Below are positions 26,215 through 40,004 of a stretch of DNA of 64,000 nt, piece by piece; the first letter of the stretch is position 1, and each line of letters opens with the position of its first letter. The notes below the pieces were generated by a model that saw only the letters and a program-made list of their open reading frames with translations, was not told where the DNA came from and made no database searches. The stretch is taken from contig OX597826.1 of NCBI GenBank assembly GCA_951406725.2, forward strand, positions 16,368,001-16,432,000. The letters are read 5' to 3'. The stretch comes from Octopus vulgaris. Taxonomy: Eukaryota. The position numbers were made by a program, and so were the translations under genes.

Positions 26215-27477
26215 TAGGGGTTGGACAAAATGGTGGAAACATCTAGCGTCATAACATCATAATATTCAAATACATATAAAACCATGAAAAGCTTGTTTAT
26301 TTTTGTGTTTTTATATTTATTATTAGTGCTGCTTAATATGTTTGGCTAAAATTGCTGTATTTTTTGAGATATCATCAGAAACAGGTAACTAAAATTCATT
26401 AGAATGACAGATCTATCGGACTTTCAAAGAGGTCAAATTGTTGGTCCTTGTATGGTTGGCATTCGTATGGCAGGCGTTAGTGTAACGAAAACAACCGAAA
26501 TGTTTGGTGTATCAAAAAGTACTGTCTCCAAAGTAATGACAGCCTTTGAGAAAGAGGGAATAACCTCCTCGTCGAAACAAAACTCCGGAAGAAAACCAAA
26601 ACTTTCAGATAGGGATCGTCGGACTCTTACGCGAATTGTTGGAAAGGATCACAAAAGTACAGCTTCCAAAATTACTGCAGAGTTTAATGACCACCTCGAG
26701 AACCCAGTTTTCACAAAATCTGTTCGCCAGGAGTTGCCTAAACCTGAATTTCACGTGAGGGCTGCAATCAGAAAACCACTACTTAAAAAAAAAAAAACGT
26801 TGCAAAGCGTTTAGAATGGAGTAACAATTTACAGAATTGGTCACTAAAGCCTTGGAAGAATGTTATTTCGTCGGACGAGCCATCCCTTACCATATTACCT
26901 ACCACCGGTATATGTGTGAAGACAGCCAAAAGAAGCATTTGACCCAGACTGCCTTTTTCCAGTGGAGGAGGATCTGTGATGATCTGGAGGTCTATATCTT
27001 AGAAATCCACCGGCCCAATGGTTTCCCTTCGTGGCAGAATTAATAGTCAAGACTACTTAAGCATTTTATCTGATCAAATTCATCCTATGGTTGCGGAAGT
27101 GTTTCAAGAGGGAAACGCAATCTTTCAGGATGATAATGCACCGATTCACACAGTTGTTACTGAATGGCACGAGGAACATTCTAGAGATGTTGAATATATT
27201 ATCTGGCCACCACAATCCCAGATCTCAATACTATTTAGCATTTATGATGCATTTTCGAAAAGCCAGTAAGGAGGCAATATCCTCCACGATCATCACAAGA
27301 ACGGGAGACTTTTAGGTGAAGAAAGGACAAAAATTCCTTTGAAAACAATTCAAACTTTGTACGAGCCCATACTTCGTAGAATTGAAGCTGTAATTACTGC
27401 CAAAGTTGGCCCTAACCCATATTAAAATAAATTTGTTTGAACTGTTGAGGTGTTTCCATTATTTTGTTCAGCCCATG
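26215..27477 (+). mobile_element. Full-length decayed Tc1 transposon (about 1.26 kb)
   Basis: TIRs (t)aggggttggacaaaatggtggaaacatct / aggtgtttccattattttgttcagcccatg, followed by TA. Confidence 0.92.
26404..27425 (+). pseudogene. Tc1 (DD34E-type) transposase pseudogene
   Basis: MTDLSDFQRGQIVG..GVSKSTVSK..SGRKPKLSDRDRR (paired-like HTH, GRPR-like), WKNVISSDE and IFQDDNAPIHT..WPPQS. Frameshifted. Confidence 0.92.
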
Positions 27478-27494
27478 TATATATATATATATAA

Positions 27495-27525
<31 letters not shown>

Positions 27526-27692
27526 GAAAGATAGCTAGATGATAGATATTATAAATACGCATTTGTTATATATTAAGCAAATATTCATTTATATATACAA
27601 AAATGCACACACGGACTCGCATACACTCACACAAACCAATAAACATGACATATATGTGTGTATGTGTGCGTGTGCGTGTGAGTGTGTGTGCG

Positions 27693-27747
<55 letters not shown>

Positions 27748-28438
27748 ATGCATGTATGTATGAGTAAAAAGCTACAAGTAGAAAAAGACAGTTATATGTA
27801 CATGTGTATATTTGTCAACAAAGATATTGTTTACGTTATACAGAAAAGGAAATATAGTGAACTGAAGGTGATAGTTAATTTAATATATGAATCAAATTAT
27901 TTAAAGCAACCAAATTCATGTACATAGCAATTTGAAAGACTATTTTCAGCAGCAGAAACTGTTTGCGATTTGAGAATTTCAGAGAAATTCAACAATTTCA
28001 TTGTTTTTATAATATAACGTTATTTGCATTACATTATTTCTTTATCTCTGTCTCTCTCACCTTTCCCCTCACTTTCTCTCTCTTTCTCTCTCCTTCTCTC
28101 TCTCTCACTCTCTCTCATTCCCTCTCCCTATCTCACCGACACCCTCTCTCTCACACACACATACATATAAATATATATGTATGAATGTGTGTATGTATGC
28201 GTTTGCATTTGTGTGTGTGTGTTTGCGTGTATGTGCCTGTGTCTGTATGCATAGAACTCAAAACAGGAGTATATATATATTTCTTATTAATAAGCAACAG
28301 AATTATTAATAAAAAAATTCAGAGTTCCGTGCGCCGGCACTTACCAAACTGATTTCCTTTCATATCAATGTGGTTACGTTCAAATCCCAGTGATAATGAT
28401 ATTTTCCTGGATCGTTCTAGAACGAATTATCATATATA

Positions 28439-28951
28439 TCTATATATATAAAACTGTAGTTTTGTGAGTGTCTGTCCCCTTCGATTTAGATTCCTAACTT
28501 CTCCCACATTTTGCGGTGCAGTTTAACCAAATTCGGGTATCTTATAGTCGTGATTCATATCGAGCCCGTCTGAGTATTAGCGCGCGTCTACGATGAGTCT
28601 ACGATTTTAAAAATAATTTAACATCATTTTTTATTCCATTTTAATGCATAATTTTTCGTGTGTCGATGGCGGCGGAGTTGGCGTCCATGGTCACACCTGC
28701 ACCTGTTTGCTTCTCCCCCTTCTTCCCTCCCTCGTGAAGCTGTGGGGAAGGGAGTATAAGGAAATCAACGTCGTAAAGCGTTGTCATGGAGACCAGCGTT
28801 CTTTTAGAACAACGACTTCATGGCTTGAAGACACCAAAACAGAAATGGCTAAGAAAGCCCGAATTGGCATCTATAAGGGAAGTAACTCTCTAAAAATGCT
28901 TATATAGTTATTTCCCTTACAAACCCGAGCAACGCCGGGCGATACTGCTAG
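28439..28951 (+). mobile_element. Non-autonomous Helitron (513 bp)
   Basis: 5' TCtatatatataaaa, 3' hairpin cccgagcaacgccggg about 10 nt before the terminal CTAG, inserted between A and T with no TSD. Confidence 0.88.
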
Positions 28952-28959
28952 TATGTATA

Positions 28960-29400
28960 TACAATGAGGTACTCGAAAGTAAGCGAAAACGTTCTTTGTG
29001 GGATAAGCCCGATGTAGACCAGGCTGCCGCTGCTAGAAGCCATTTGATGCGACTCACAGCATCAATGTGCAGACCGGTATTGTTGGGTGAAGTCGTATTG
29101 TCACGTGATGCATTTTTGTTTTGCAATGCTTCTCGCCCTTGATCGTCGACGTCTGCGATGGCTGAAACGAAAGAACAGCGTGCTTCCGTCAAATTCCGTT
29201 TTCATCTGGGGAAAGCGGCGGCTGAAACATTTGTCATGATTCAAACAGCTGCCATAAGCAAAGCAAGTTCCCGAATGGTCTTCACGTTTTAGGAATGGTT
29301 ACGTATCGCTTGAAGACCAACTTCAAACGAAAACACCATGAAAATCCATGAACTGGATGATGGATGACCAGCATCAAACAATAGACGAAGTTGTCCGCTG
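28960..29400 (+). mobile_element. mariner 5' remnant
   Basis: MAETKEQRASVKFRFHLGKAAAETFVMIQTA from 29158, then a WSSRFRNGYVSLED-like HTH segment. Confidence 0.8.
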
Positions 29401-29491
29401 GATTAAAAAAATCTTTAGGCTGCTAGAAGAAGCGCGATGAAAAAGATTATATCGAAAAATGATGTAATACTTCAACCACTGCTTGAATATT

Positions 29492-29884
29492 CTTTTCTAC
29501 TCAAGGCACAAGGCCCAACATTTTGGGGGAGGAGGCCAGTCGATTAGATCAAACCCAGTACGCAACTGGTACTTAATTTATCAACCCCGAAAGGATGAAA
29601 GGCGAAGCCGACCTCGGCGGAATTTGAACTCAGAACGTAAAGACAGATGAAATACCAATTTCTTTATTACCCACAAGCGGCTAAACACAGAGAGGACAAA
29701 CAAGGACAGACAAACGGATTAAGTCGATTACATCAACCCCAGTGCGTAACTGGTACTTAATTTATCGACCCCGAAAGGATGAAGGGCAAAGTCGACCTCG
29801 GCGGAATTTGAACTCAGAATGTAAAGACAGACGAAATACGGCTACGCATTTCGCCTGGCGTGCTAACGGTTTTGCCAGCTCACC
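29492..29884 (-). mobile_element. Dimeric SINE family A
   Basis: Same structure as 9018-9414, with a degenerate TSD of about 23 bp (acttcaaccactgcttgaatatt / actttaatcactacttgtatgtt). Confidence 0.9.
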
Positions 29885-30431
29885 ACTTTAATCACTACTT
29901 GTATGTTAATAAATAGTCTAAATGAAACATGAGTGTCTACAATTTTTAACTAAATCTATCTCTTTCTCTCTCTCTATCCCTCTCTCTCTATCCCACGCAC
30001 ATTCATATAAATATAAACATATATATGGAGGTACATACATACACGAGCAGGCACATATACAGTTGCAAAGGGCCTGGATTTTCTAGTGCCACTGTGAGAG
30101 CACAAGACGCCGCATCAATACCTCTAAGTATTACCTTCCGATAAAATGTTTTCGTCTGTGACTAAAGCATTTAATGTCTTTTTATAAACGCGGCACTCAT
30201 TCATTATGTGGGTTATTTTTACCTCGATATTGTTGCATATGTATTTCATTACGTGTCATATTACCTTGTTCATTAATGTCAATATCTTTTTAGGGAAATC
30301 GAAGTGTACATTCTGAGATAAATATCAAAGATTCTGAGTTAGAAAGTAAACGTTAAAATTCCTTACAATGTTTGTCGTGAGGTTATTCTGATTTACATGG
30401 TAGTCGAAATATCAAACCATATATGAAATTA

Positions 30432-30866
30432 CGTTTATATATTTGTTGTGCAAGATTTTTTATGTGAAGTCGTGTGTTGAAGCAGATATTGTTGTATTTC
30501 GGAATGGTCAATTTGCCAGTTTAGCCAATAAAACACACTCACTCTATATTTGATGTTACTTTGCTTCAGTGTTATTTATTTTTTACATTAAACTTAATCT
30601 TATTTCGGCCAGAGTTCTTTCGTCACACTCCTGTGACCGCATAAGTGGTCCTTTGTTTTGACGGTTAGTAAGGAGAGACACAAATAAGAAAGAAGAAAAC
30701 AAAGGATCACTGATGCGGTCACAGGAGTGTGATGAAGGAACTCTGGCCGAAATAAGATTAAGATTAACGTAAAAAATAAATAACACTGAAGCAAAGTAAC
30801 ACCAAATATATAGTGCGTGTGTTTTTATTGGCTAAACTGGCAAATACAACATTCCGAAATACAACA
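30432..30866. mobile_element. Non-coding fold-back element (arms about 170 bp, loop about 36 bp), same family as 46898-47464
   Basis: 30490-30659 is complementary to 30696-30866. Contains cactgatgcggtcacaggagtgtga..ggccgaaa. Confidence 0.85.
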
Positions 30867-32805
30867 TATATGAAATATTAGATAGATTTCAATACGTCTT
30901 TAGACGCGTGCGAGGTGGGGATGTGTGCACGTGTGTCTGTACATGCGCCCATTGTCGGAATGTTCGAGAATTTTCATTAGAATAGCAAATCTCTCCTGCT
31001 ATTATACCACTAGAGGTTTTCTATCTTGATAATGCATATAAAGTGAAATTACTCGAATGCGAAAGTGCAGATTACCTGTGTATCAGCCAACGTTATGCCT
31101 ATAGATGACACGAAAAAATGCTATTAAGTAATAAAAATGAAATGCAATACCCATCTGAAATGTAAATTTTGCCAATGTAATTTTCTATAAAGTTAATTAT
31201 GATTGCAATCTCATTGTGGCTATCACACTATATATTACTGCGGCAAACAATTTACTCACAATATTCCATACCTTGCTTCGTGCGAAGTGATCAATACTGA
31301 TCTCTTGCTAAATTACTCAACCAACTGAAAATTGCAGTAAATCTCCTTGAAATCAAACCATTTTGGGTAAAAGATTAGTCTGAAAATATAGTCATAGATA
31401 ATGATAAAGGCTATATGGTCAGCACTGGTGATTTTATTCAGCGCTGTTGTTGCAATGATAGCAATTAATAATAATTGTGCGACACAATATATCAGATTGA
31501 TTCAACAAGCATTATTGATACCTAGCAGGATCGATGTGCCTGCTAGACTGTCAACGAGGTCTCTTTCAACCAAAACTTACTAAAGAATACGTTGGATAAT
31601 GTGTTAAAGATACAAGAAATGTGACGCTCATCGCTAGAATATATTTGATCATAGGACTAATAATTAGTATCAGTGTTTACCTGATACTAATTATCAGCCA
31701 TAAATATTATGCAACTTATTGATTTTAGATATTTTATATTTGACACTAACGTACAGTCAGTTTTATTTCAGAGCGAAGTATGATAGATACACGGTACTAA
31801 GTATCTACCTCTAGTTTTTAGTGATATTTAGTAGAGCATTGTCAATTAAATCTACACCTGTCTTTAGCTGTTAATTTATTTGATCGAAACTGCATAGATG
31901 AAAGGCAAAATTAATGACAGAGGAATCAGGACTTAAATCCTGTCGGGCTTAAATATTGCAAATCATTTACTTCTGCATTGTAAAGCTTTGCGAATACAGC
32001 GCTGTTTTGTAACTAGTTTTATTAATTACGATAATCTATACTGATCGTGATAACACTGTTGTAAATTAGTTTCATTCAAAGTTACTCTTATTTCACCTGA
32101 TGGTAATTATGGTGCTGTTTTCTCATGAAAATCCTAATAATGTTCTTTGTGATGTTGGTAGCAATAGGGCTTCCCATAATTAGGAAGGCGAGGTGTGCGC
32201 TAATTCTAATATTAATGTAGTGATTATGAGATTCCCGCCAAGCAGCAGCTTCTAATCAAATATATATTAGCATCTCTTTCAATTCTATACACATTTAATG
32301 ATAACGAATTCATTAAACTACGCTGTTCACGATGTCTACGATTACAGTATTTTCCTTGTTTGTATACAAGGCATCCCTGAGCTCGATGAGCTATGAACAA
32401 GAGCGTTTAAATCATTAAGCCATGACAACAATATCACTCAATTCATAAGTTTTAAGATAATAGGAAGAAAATCCAAGGAAAATTGGCGGCTATTTATATT
32501 TGATGCAGCGACCGTGTACAAGATTTCTCGTTGATATATTGCTTTGGTAGTTTTCCGTTGAGGTTTGCCATCAACGCTTAACAAGAGAGTAATAAAGTTA
32601 TTGAAATACCAACTGTTGCCGGATGTGAATGGTACTTAGACACGCTCCCCCTAGATCAGTATAGTGATTTCAGATTAAGATTACATACAATTTATATTTC
32701 GCTGACTTCAAATCCATCTTCAATAGCCCATTCCAAACATTTATTCATCACATAGAAATAAGAGTATAAATTCCAGCAGTAGCAGAGGTATTGATTATAA
32801 CATAA

Positions 32806-32825
32806 GTAGTAGTAGTAGTAGTAGC

Positions 32826-32859
<34 letters not shown>

Positions 32860-32936
32860 ATGGTGGTGGTGGTGGTGGTGGTGGTGGTGGTGGTGGTGAT
32901 GGTGATGGTGGTAGTAGCGGTAGTGGTGGTGGTAGT
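32806..32936. repeat. (GTA)n/(GTG)n trinucleotide microsatellite
   Basis: Direct reading. Confidence 0.95.
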
Positions 32937-33814
32937 AAAAACAATTGAAGTTGTAATCAAGTCATTCCACAAGTCTACATGTCAATACTTTAATAGGAAA
33001 TAAAACGCAGATTTTATGGTATACTCATCCAATGCCCACGCACTTTATACTGAGATTCATCCTCATGCACATTTGTATGTACGTATGTATAAACGCATGC
33101 AAGCATGTACGTATGCTTGTATGTATGCGTGTGCAAAAGTCATAAAAAAAACTAAGAATGTTTTATTTACATCAATAATGTTAGAAAAGAAAATGATACT
33201 AGTTGTAGTCATATTATAGAGGTCAGAAATACTCTTATTATCCAGCATTCTTGACCTCTACACTATGACAAAACTAGTGTCCTTTTATTTTCTAACATTA
33301 TTTCCCCGATATGCTAGATAGCAATAACTGAACATTACTGCCTGAGACTGACCATGTCCATATAAAAGCTGGAGAATATCTAACTTCCATACAATGCAAA
33401 TGTGCTAATGAGGGTTGACTGCAAGCACTAACGTTTCAGAGTGCCCCTCTTCCAAATTTGACGGAATAAAGTCACTACTTCTAGTAAGTGACGCCTATAC
33501 CATCTTCTTACATACTTCCACTCCTTTGTAACCTGTCTGTCTCAGTTCTCTAATCTACTTCAATATGTCCATCCTCTTCTCCCACCTTACACATACAATA
33601 GCCATTCCTCCAGTGCTCGGCTCGTTATAACGAGAAATGGCACAAACGAAAAAAGTATTAATTTTATTGGTCGCTCAATTTTCCTCAATTGATCAATAGA
33701 TCAAATGAGTAAACCTGTCAGTAATGCACCTTTAATGAGTACTGGAAAGATCTGTAAACCAAATTTGCTCCAATAAATGAAAAATATGTAATAACCATTA
33801 TTTTAAACTTGTTT

Positions 33815-33950
33815 CTTATATCTATATCTGTAGAATTCCCTGTATGTGTGGGTACGCACGCGCGTTTATGTGTGTTTTTTCTATGCACGGACAAACCGCT
33901 TGATGAAGCTGTTACCAAGTTTAGCATGAAGGTTTTTCATTACTTGGAAG
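33815..33950 (+). mobile_element. Decayed Helitron-like 5' end
   Basis: tctatatct..tgtgtg..atgcacggacaaaccgcttga..accaagtttagcatg resembles starts of non-autonomous Helitrons. A similar start lies near 35780. Confidence 0.35.
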
Positions 33951-36900
33951 TGGTTGTGGAGATGGAGGTCAAATTTGGTCGTTACCTATACGACCCTACC
34001 GAATTTTTTTTCTCAGTCGATCCCTATGTTTTGGATGGCCGAGAATATGCAAAGAACCATGTTTTCAAAATTTTAAGTTCCCCATCCTCCCAAATTTTAA
34101 ATTTTTAACTAATTTTCAATTTTGTTTTCAATCTACGTGGAAAAATACGGAGATTAAGAATACAGAAAAAATCTTTAATGTCAAATTTTCAATGAAGAAC
34201 TCCAAAATTGATCCGTACACCCCTCGGCATCATATCCATAGTCGAAAACTGAAAATAAACTGCTAAAAATAACAGCTAAATGTTGGAAATTTCGATGTCG
34301 TGTGTGCTCTCGCGCAACAACTTCTACAGCTTGCGGGAATGAACAGAGAAAGTAAACAGAAATGTTTTACATACCTGTAGTATACGTCGGTTTTGTTTTT
34401 TGTTTTTTTTTTTCGCTTTCAAGGTAAACGATTCTGATAGAAGCAAATACGATATTGAATCATTCTCCGTCATACTTCTATGACACCACCACCACTTTTT
34501 GTGTTTAAAGTAAAGATAAAAGCTTTTTTTATTGTGATAATGAAAGAAGGCGGTTAGTCTTTATCGCCAAAATTAATTTCTCTTGCAAAAAATATGTTGT
34601 TACCAAAAACATTAAGACTTTACTAAACTTCATCGATTTGTCACTGAACGAGGATTTAGTTTCAATTAGTACACACTTTCCTACCATTTTATATGGAGAA
34701 TTGCAAACATGGCATATAAATATAACTCATTTTAATAGAATTTTTTAGTATATTACCGTAAACGTTTTTCTTGCACACTACCCCCCATACATACATACAC
34801 ACACACACACACTCACACACACCTGCATATATACGCAAATGAATACACATGGACGAAGTCCCATTTTGGAAAAAATATTAAAGTTTTCCTTATTTTGGAA
34901 TGAAGAACAAAATTATAAGGTGCTGAGCAAGTGACTAAACGTGTGTGAAAAAAATATTGTTTTAAATGTATTCTTTCACTTTTAATTCTAATGTAATAAC
35001 ACTAAGATCATCTTATTTTACACATATACCGTTCAATTACCAGTTAATAATTATCGCGGCAGTTGCAAGTTTTCAAGGTATTTACAGTTAGACATTAACC
35101 CTTAAATTAACATTTAATAATATATGTGCTTAATATATATACATTCAGAAATTTATCTGTAATTATTATTGTGGGATTTACAGTTAAATTAGTAGTTTGT
35201 ACATGTGCCTCTATTTGATTAATTTGTTTATATTTGGTTCGTTTGTACTGCATGCTAAATAAAGACATGCAACCGCTTATAAAATAAAAATTAATGTATA
35301 ATTTTTTTAAAAAGTCATATTTATCTATGTTTGTCATGCTTAATAAATGCTAAAATTGTAAAAGAATTTGAATTTTGTGTATAATTTTATAGTTTTTGTC
35401 ATTTAAAAAAAAATTTTCTCAATTTCATTGAAACAGGTTGTTCATTCTAGAACACCCTGTGTGGTGTAGCGTTGTTAGTTGTTGCGTTGGCCGAGTAAAT
35501 ATTAGAATCAAAGGTATTCTCGTCGTAACCCTCATCTTTTTGTTAAGCATTTATATAAAGGAGTATATTATCCAAAATGTATCTCTCCTTTTAAGGTGTG
35601 GCTGTATGGTTGAGAAGCTTGCTTTCCAACCAAGTTCGTTTGGATTCAGTCCCACTGTGCAGCAGGTTGGGCAATGCAATTAGGGCTCCGTGCCGACCAA
35701 AGCCTTGTATATTATATAATTGCCATTACTGTATTGATATATAAAATAAAACATGCAACTCACTTATTATTGTCAAGTGTATATATATAAAATCCTATGT
35801 CCCTCTGCATGTCTGTTTGTTCCAAGTGCGCTCTCAAACGGCCCCACCAAATCAAATCAATTTTTGCAAAGTAATAGTATCACTCCCCACGTGTGTCAAA
35901 ATGAATTTTTTCATTTCCATTAAAACAATATAACATTTCATACACATAATCTTTCTATAGTCATCTATAGTACAATACATTTTATATGAGTAAATATGCG
36001 TCTGTATGTGTGTGTTTGCGCATCGGATACGTACGAGATAGTAAAGGACATTTTACACCACGACAACGACGATGTCACCATTTTTATGTGCGTGTATATG
36101 TCTCTGTGGGTGTATGTGTGTAGGTATATGAGTGTGTATGTTTCTCTGACTGTGTGTTCCCACATTAGGAACGTTATTAAACATACACACACATCTACAC
36201 ATACATATATCCATGTGACAACTGCATGAGTGAATGTATGTCTTTTGAGTCTCTTACTACATGTATATGACTGTGTGTCAGAGTGTACGTGTGCGCATCG
36301 TCTCATTTTGTATATGCATGTGTATGTGTATGTTACTGTTTGTGTGTTTGCATACCCGTTACGTACGTTATAAAACACACGCATACATAGACACATACAT
36401 ATACATATGTGACAAGAATGGTTGGAGGTGAAACTCTTGACAAAATACCATTAGGTGCATATCAATTAGGTGTATATCAAAATACACCATTCAATTAGCA
36501 GTTCATAATTATCGCAGAAGTTGCAAGGTTGCAAGTTAGTTACAATTTGCTTATAATTGGTTAAATTACACTGCATACAAAAATACAGATATACTACATA
36601 CATACATACAACTGCTTACAGAATTAGAGATTTATGCATATGCTATCCTATGTTCATAATTCTTTTTTAAATATTGAAAAGATTGTGACACCAAAGAAAA
36701 AGCGTGATCTCTCCAGAAACACTTATAAAGAACGAAGAAGTGCAGAAAACTGTCTATCTAGAGCTTAACAATTATATCCAGGACCACAATTTACGCGGTA
36801 GAGATAGCTCTAAGGCCATGTGGAAAGACGTAAGGAGGCATCACATGTCCTTCATTGCTGACAACCCTTAAAACCGCGACAGTTGCAGGAAAACCACTTT

Positions 36901-37064
36901 CAAATAAGATGGATGGTTGCTTTCTCCATGCTCAGATCAATATATCAGCTATGTTTGCTAACATTTTATTGAGGTCACGAAAGAACATTTCAGAACGTTC
37001 CTTTTATATATTGAGTGGTCATTCCCTCTGCACCACAATACATGATATAATTTCCTTGGCACGA

Positions 37065-37436
37065 AGGCAGTGAGGTGGTAGAAACGTTAGCACGCCGGGC
37101 GAAATGCGTAGCCGTATTTTGTCTGCCGTTACGTTCTGAGTTCAAATTCTTCCGAGGTCGACTTTGCCTTACATCCTTTCGTGGTCGATAAATTAAGTAC
37201 CACTTACGCACTAGGGTCAATGTAATTGACGTAATCCGTTTGTCTGTCCTTGTTTGTCCCCTTTGTGTTTAACCCCTTGTGGTTAGTAAAGAAATAGGCA
37301 TTTCGCCTGTCTTCACGTTTTGCGTTCAAATTCCGCCGAGGTCGACTTTGCCTTTCATCATTTTGGGGTTGATAAATTAAGTATCGACTGGTCCCCTCCA
37401 CCAAAATTTCGAGCCTTGTGCCTAGAGTAGGAAAGT
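37065..37436 (+). mobile_element. Dimeric SINE family A
   Basis: Same family. Perfect 15-bp TSD atttccttggcacga at 37050-37064 and 37437-37451. Confidence 0.92.
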
Positions 37437-37715
37437 ATTTCCTTGGCACGACTGAACACATTATATGTAAGAAATAAGCTTATGGCAGTTCTGAGCAACT
37501 ACTTACATAAATATGGCTGACATTCTCAGAGAAAATTCAGCATATTCTGTATAATCTTTTGAATGTTGCTGTCATTTTGATGCCTTCCAGAAATATATGC
37601 AAGAATGAGAAAACGTGTAGTGTGGACAGAATAACTGCAGATTTCTCATTTCAGAATATGCTCACTTTTCACATATCTTCATAATAGACTTAACACATAA
37701 ACACATACACACACA

Positions 37716-37757
37716 CCAGCAAGGATACCCGGCGTTGCTCAGGATTAAAAACGGCAG

Positions 37758-37816
<59 letters not shown>

Positions 37817-38310
37817 ACTATGTTGAAACAGGTGATACGGGAAAGTGCAGTATTGACGACAAAATATACGTGGAGTCAATTTTAAAGCTTGGCTTAGACG
37901 ACAATTTGAGTTTACCACACCAATTTGGAGAGAATTATAATTTTTATAAGAATGGGATGGATCGTATCAGAAAGCAGCTCCAGGTGTTGTGAAGAGCAAA
38001 TTTCTATGTGGTCTGTCGTGCTAAACGTTATTTTAATGATTCAGCATTTGATGATCTTGGAAGAGTCTTATCTCCCTTCTGCCTCGAGACTCCATCTGAT
38101 GTGCTGCAGCATACCTTCGCTGATGTTCAGAAATTCTCCTCTCCCTTCTCTCTTGAGACTGTATTTGACATGCTACAGCATGCGTTCTGTGATCTTTGGA
38201 AATTGTCATGTCTCTCCTGTACTGAGACTCCGACTGACGTGCTGCTGCAGGCATTTGCTGATTCTGAGAACGTCTCATCTCCCTTATCGCTTGAGACTCT
38301 CACCTTCAGT
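37716..38310 (-). mobile_element. Internally deleted Helitron retaining N-terminal 23-aa (STPR-like) repeats
   Basis: The 3' end ccagcaaggatacccggcgttgctcagg is the reverse complement of the 28924-28951-type hairpin/CTAG end. The minus frame has four 23-aa repeats, then GAAF*YDPSHSY..LQIG. Confidence 0.7.
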
Positions 38311-38656
38311 TTTCTGCACTAATTCTCCAGATCTCAATTTAATGGACTATTATATGTGCAGCGTTGTTGAGAGAGAGGACAATGAACAGGCCCATAACAC
38401 CAAAGCTCCTTTGAAAGCTGCCATAGTCAGAGCAATGTCCAAAATGATCCAGGACCACTTGAATCGTGCATGCACATGATTTTAGATCTCATATAACAGC
38501 AGTTGTTGAAGCTGAAAAGGCCTTTATTGAATAACATTATAGAAAAGAAAGTTTATTTTTATCCTCAAAGCATTTTTTGATAAAGAAAGTTATGTGTTAT
38601 TATATATCTGTTATTCTTTTTATAAACATAAATCTGTTCAGAAATATCTTACGCAC

Positions 38657-38660
<4 letters not shown>
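38311..38660 (+). mobile_element. 3' remnant of a Tc1/mariner (maT/DD37D-like) transposon
   Basis: NSPDLNLMDYYMCSVVERE..AHNTKAPLKAAIVRAMSKM..HLNRAC. Confidence 0.75.
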
Positions 38661-38711
<51 letters not shown>

Positions 38712-38715
<4 letters not shown>

Positions 38716-39060
38716 TATAACAATTTCCGAGACTAGTTTTGTAGCACGCCAACAGGTGACAGCACATTGTTAAGTGCGCAGTGACAGCAAGCAGTGACGC
38801 ACATGAGGCAACGTGCTGAGTAACATCACTATGTTTTCCTTGCAAATTGTGAAATTTGTGTTTCTGTGATCATTACATTCTGTAATCTGCAGTGTTTTTC
38901 ATGGACAAGAAGTGGGAGCAAATTCTGCTTCAAACTTGGGTCGTCTACTGCAGATACATTGAGCATGTTTTCATAAACTTATGGCAAAGATGCAATAAGT
39001 CGTACGCAATGTTTCGAAAGAAACGGGGGCTTCACAAGGCACGTCTATGGTGCAGCTCAA
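38712..39060 (+). mobile_element. mariner 5' remnant related to 60701-61543
   Basis: TIR-like ccgagactagttttgtagcacgccaac and a KFCFKLGSSTADTLSM-like frame. Confidence 0.6.
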
Positions 39061-39963
39061 TCAAAAGCATACATATGTACATTTGTTAGTGTATATTAGA
39101 GATAATGTGAATTGTAGAATTATGTGTCCGTGGCGCTGTCCTGTAATAGTCACCAATGATATTCTGGTTAGATATTGAGAGCTTATTCTCTTATACATTT
39201 TGTATGTAGTCGTGTTTCCATTTGCCTTCACTATCAATATCTTGCATTTAGATTCCGTCTCCTGGTATTCATTATTCTGCTACCGTTATAGTATTTCATT
39301 CCATAAAACTTACAAAATGTCCCCTGCGTAAATAATTATTTACACTCCAAAGAAAATATATTGCATCAATGCATTATCCTCAAATATTTTTACTAGATTA
39401 TGTTCAATATTATCTTATCTTTTACTTTAATTTTGAGCTGTAGCAGGGATTTGCAATGTTACATGATATAATATGGGAGACCATATTTTGTCGTTCCAGT
39501 TTCTGGGTTTGCATTTCTTCTTCGATCTTCCGTATATTAGGAGAGATAGCTGTAAACTAATTTTAACTCAATATAAGAGTAAGAGCCAAAAAATGTTCTT
39601 GTTCTTTGTATCATCAGTTTTCTATGTTAACTGGAAATTGTGAGCAATTCTAGACAACATCATACAAAATAGACACAAGTCCCATAAAGCTATCGTCGAC
39701 ACTCTGTTACTGATAAAATAACGAAAATTGAAGGTTTCTTACCATACGTTAGGAGTCAAACATTTTTGTAAAGCAAAATAAAAACGAAATTATTAAATGA
39801 ATGAAAAATATTGAATCAATCTCGAATGAGGAAGAAATATTTAAAGATATAGTATTGCAAGGTAAATCAGTCTTTCGTTACAAAGCCTTTAGGGTATATT
39901 CTGATTTCAGACAAAACAAGTAGGAACAACAACAACAACACTAGTAATAAAAAAAAAAAAAAA

Positions 39964-40004
<41 letters not shown>

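Noticed and set aside
38030-38310. Regularly spaced gagact motifs suggesting a CRISPR-like array
   Set aside because: Whole 69-bp units are homologous and encode 23-aa repeats. There are no unique spacers or cas genes, and the context is eukaryotic.
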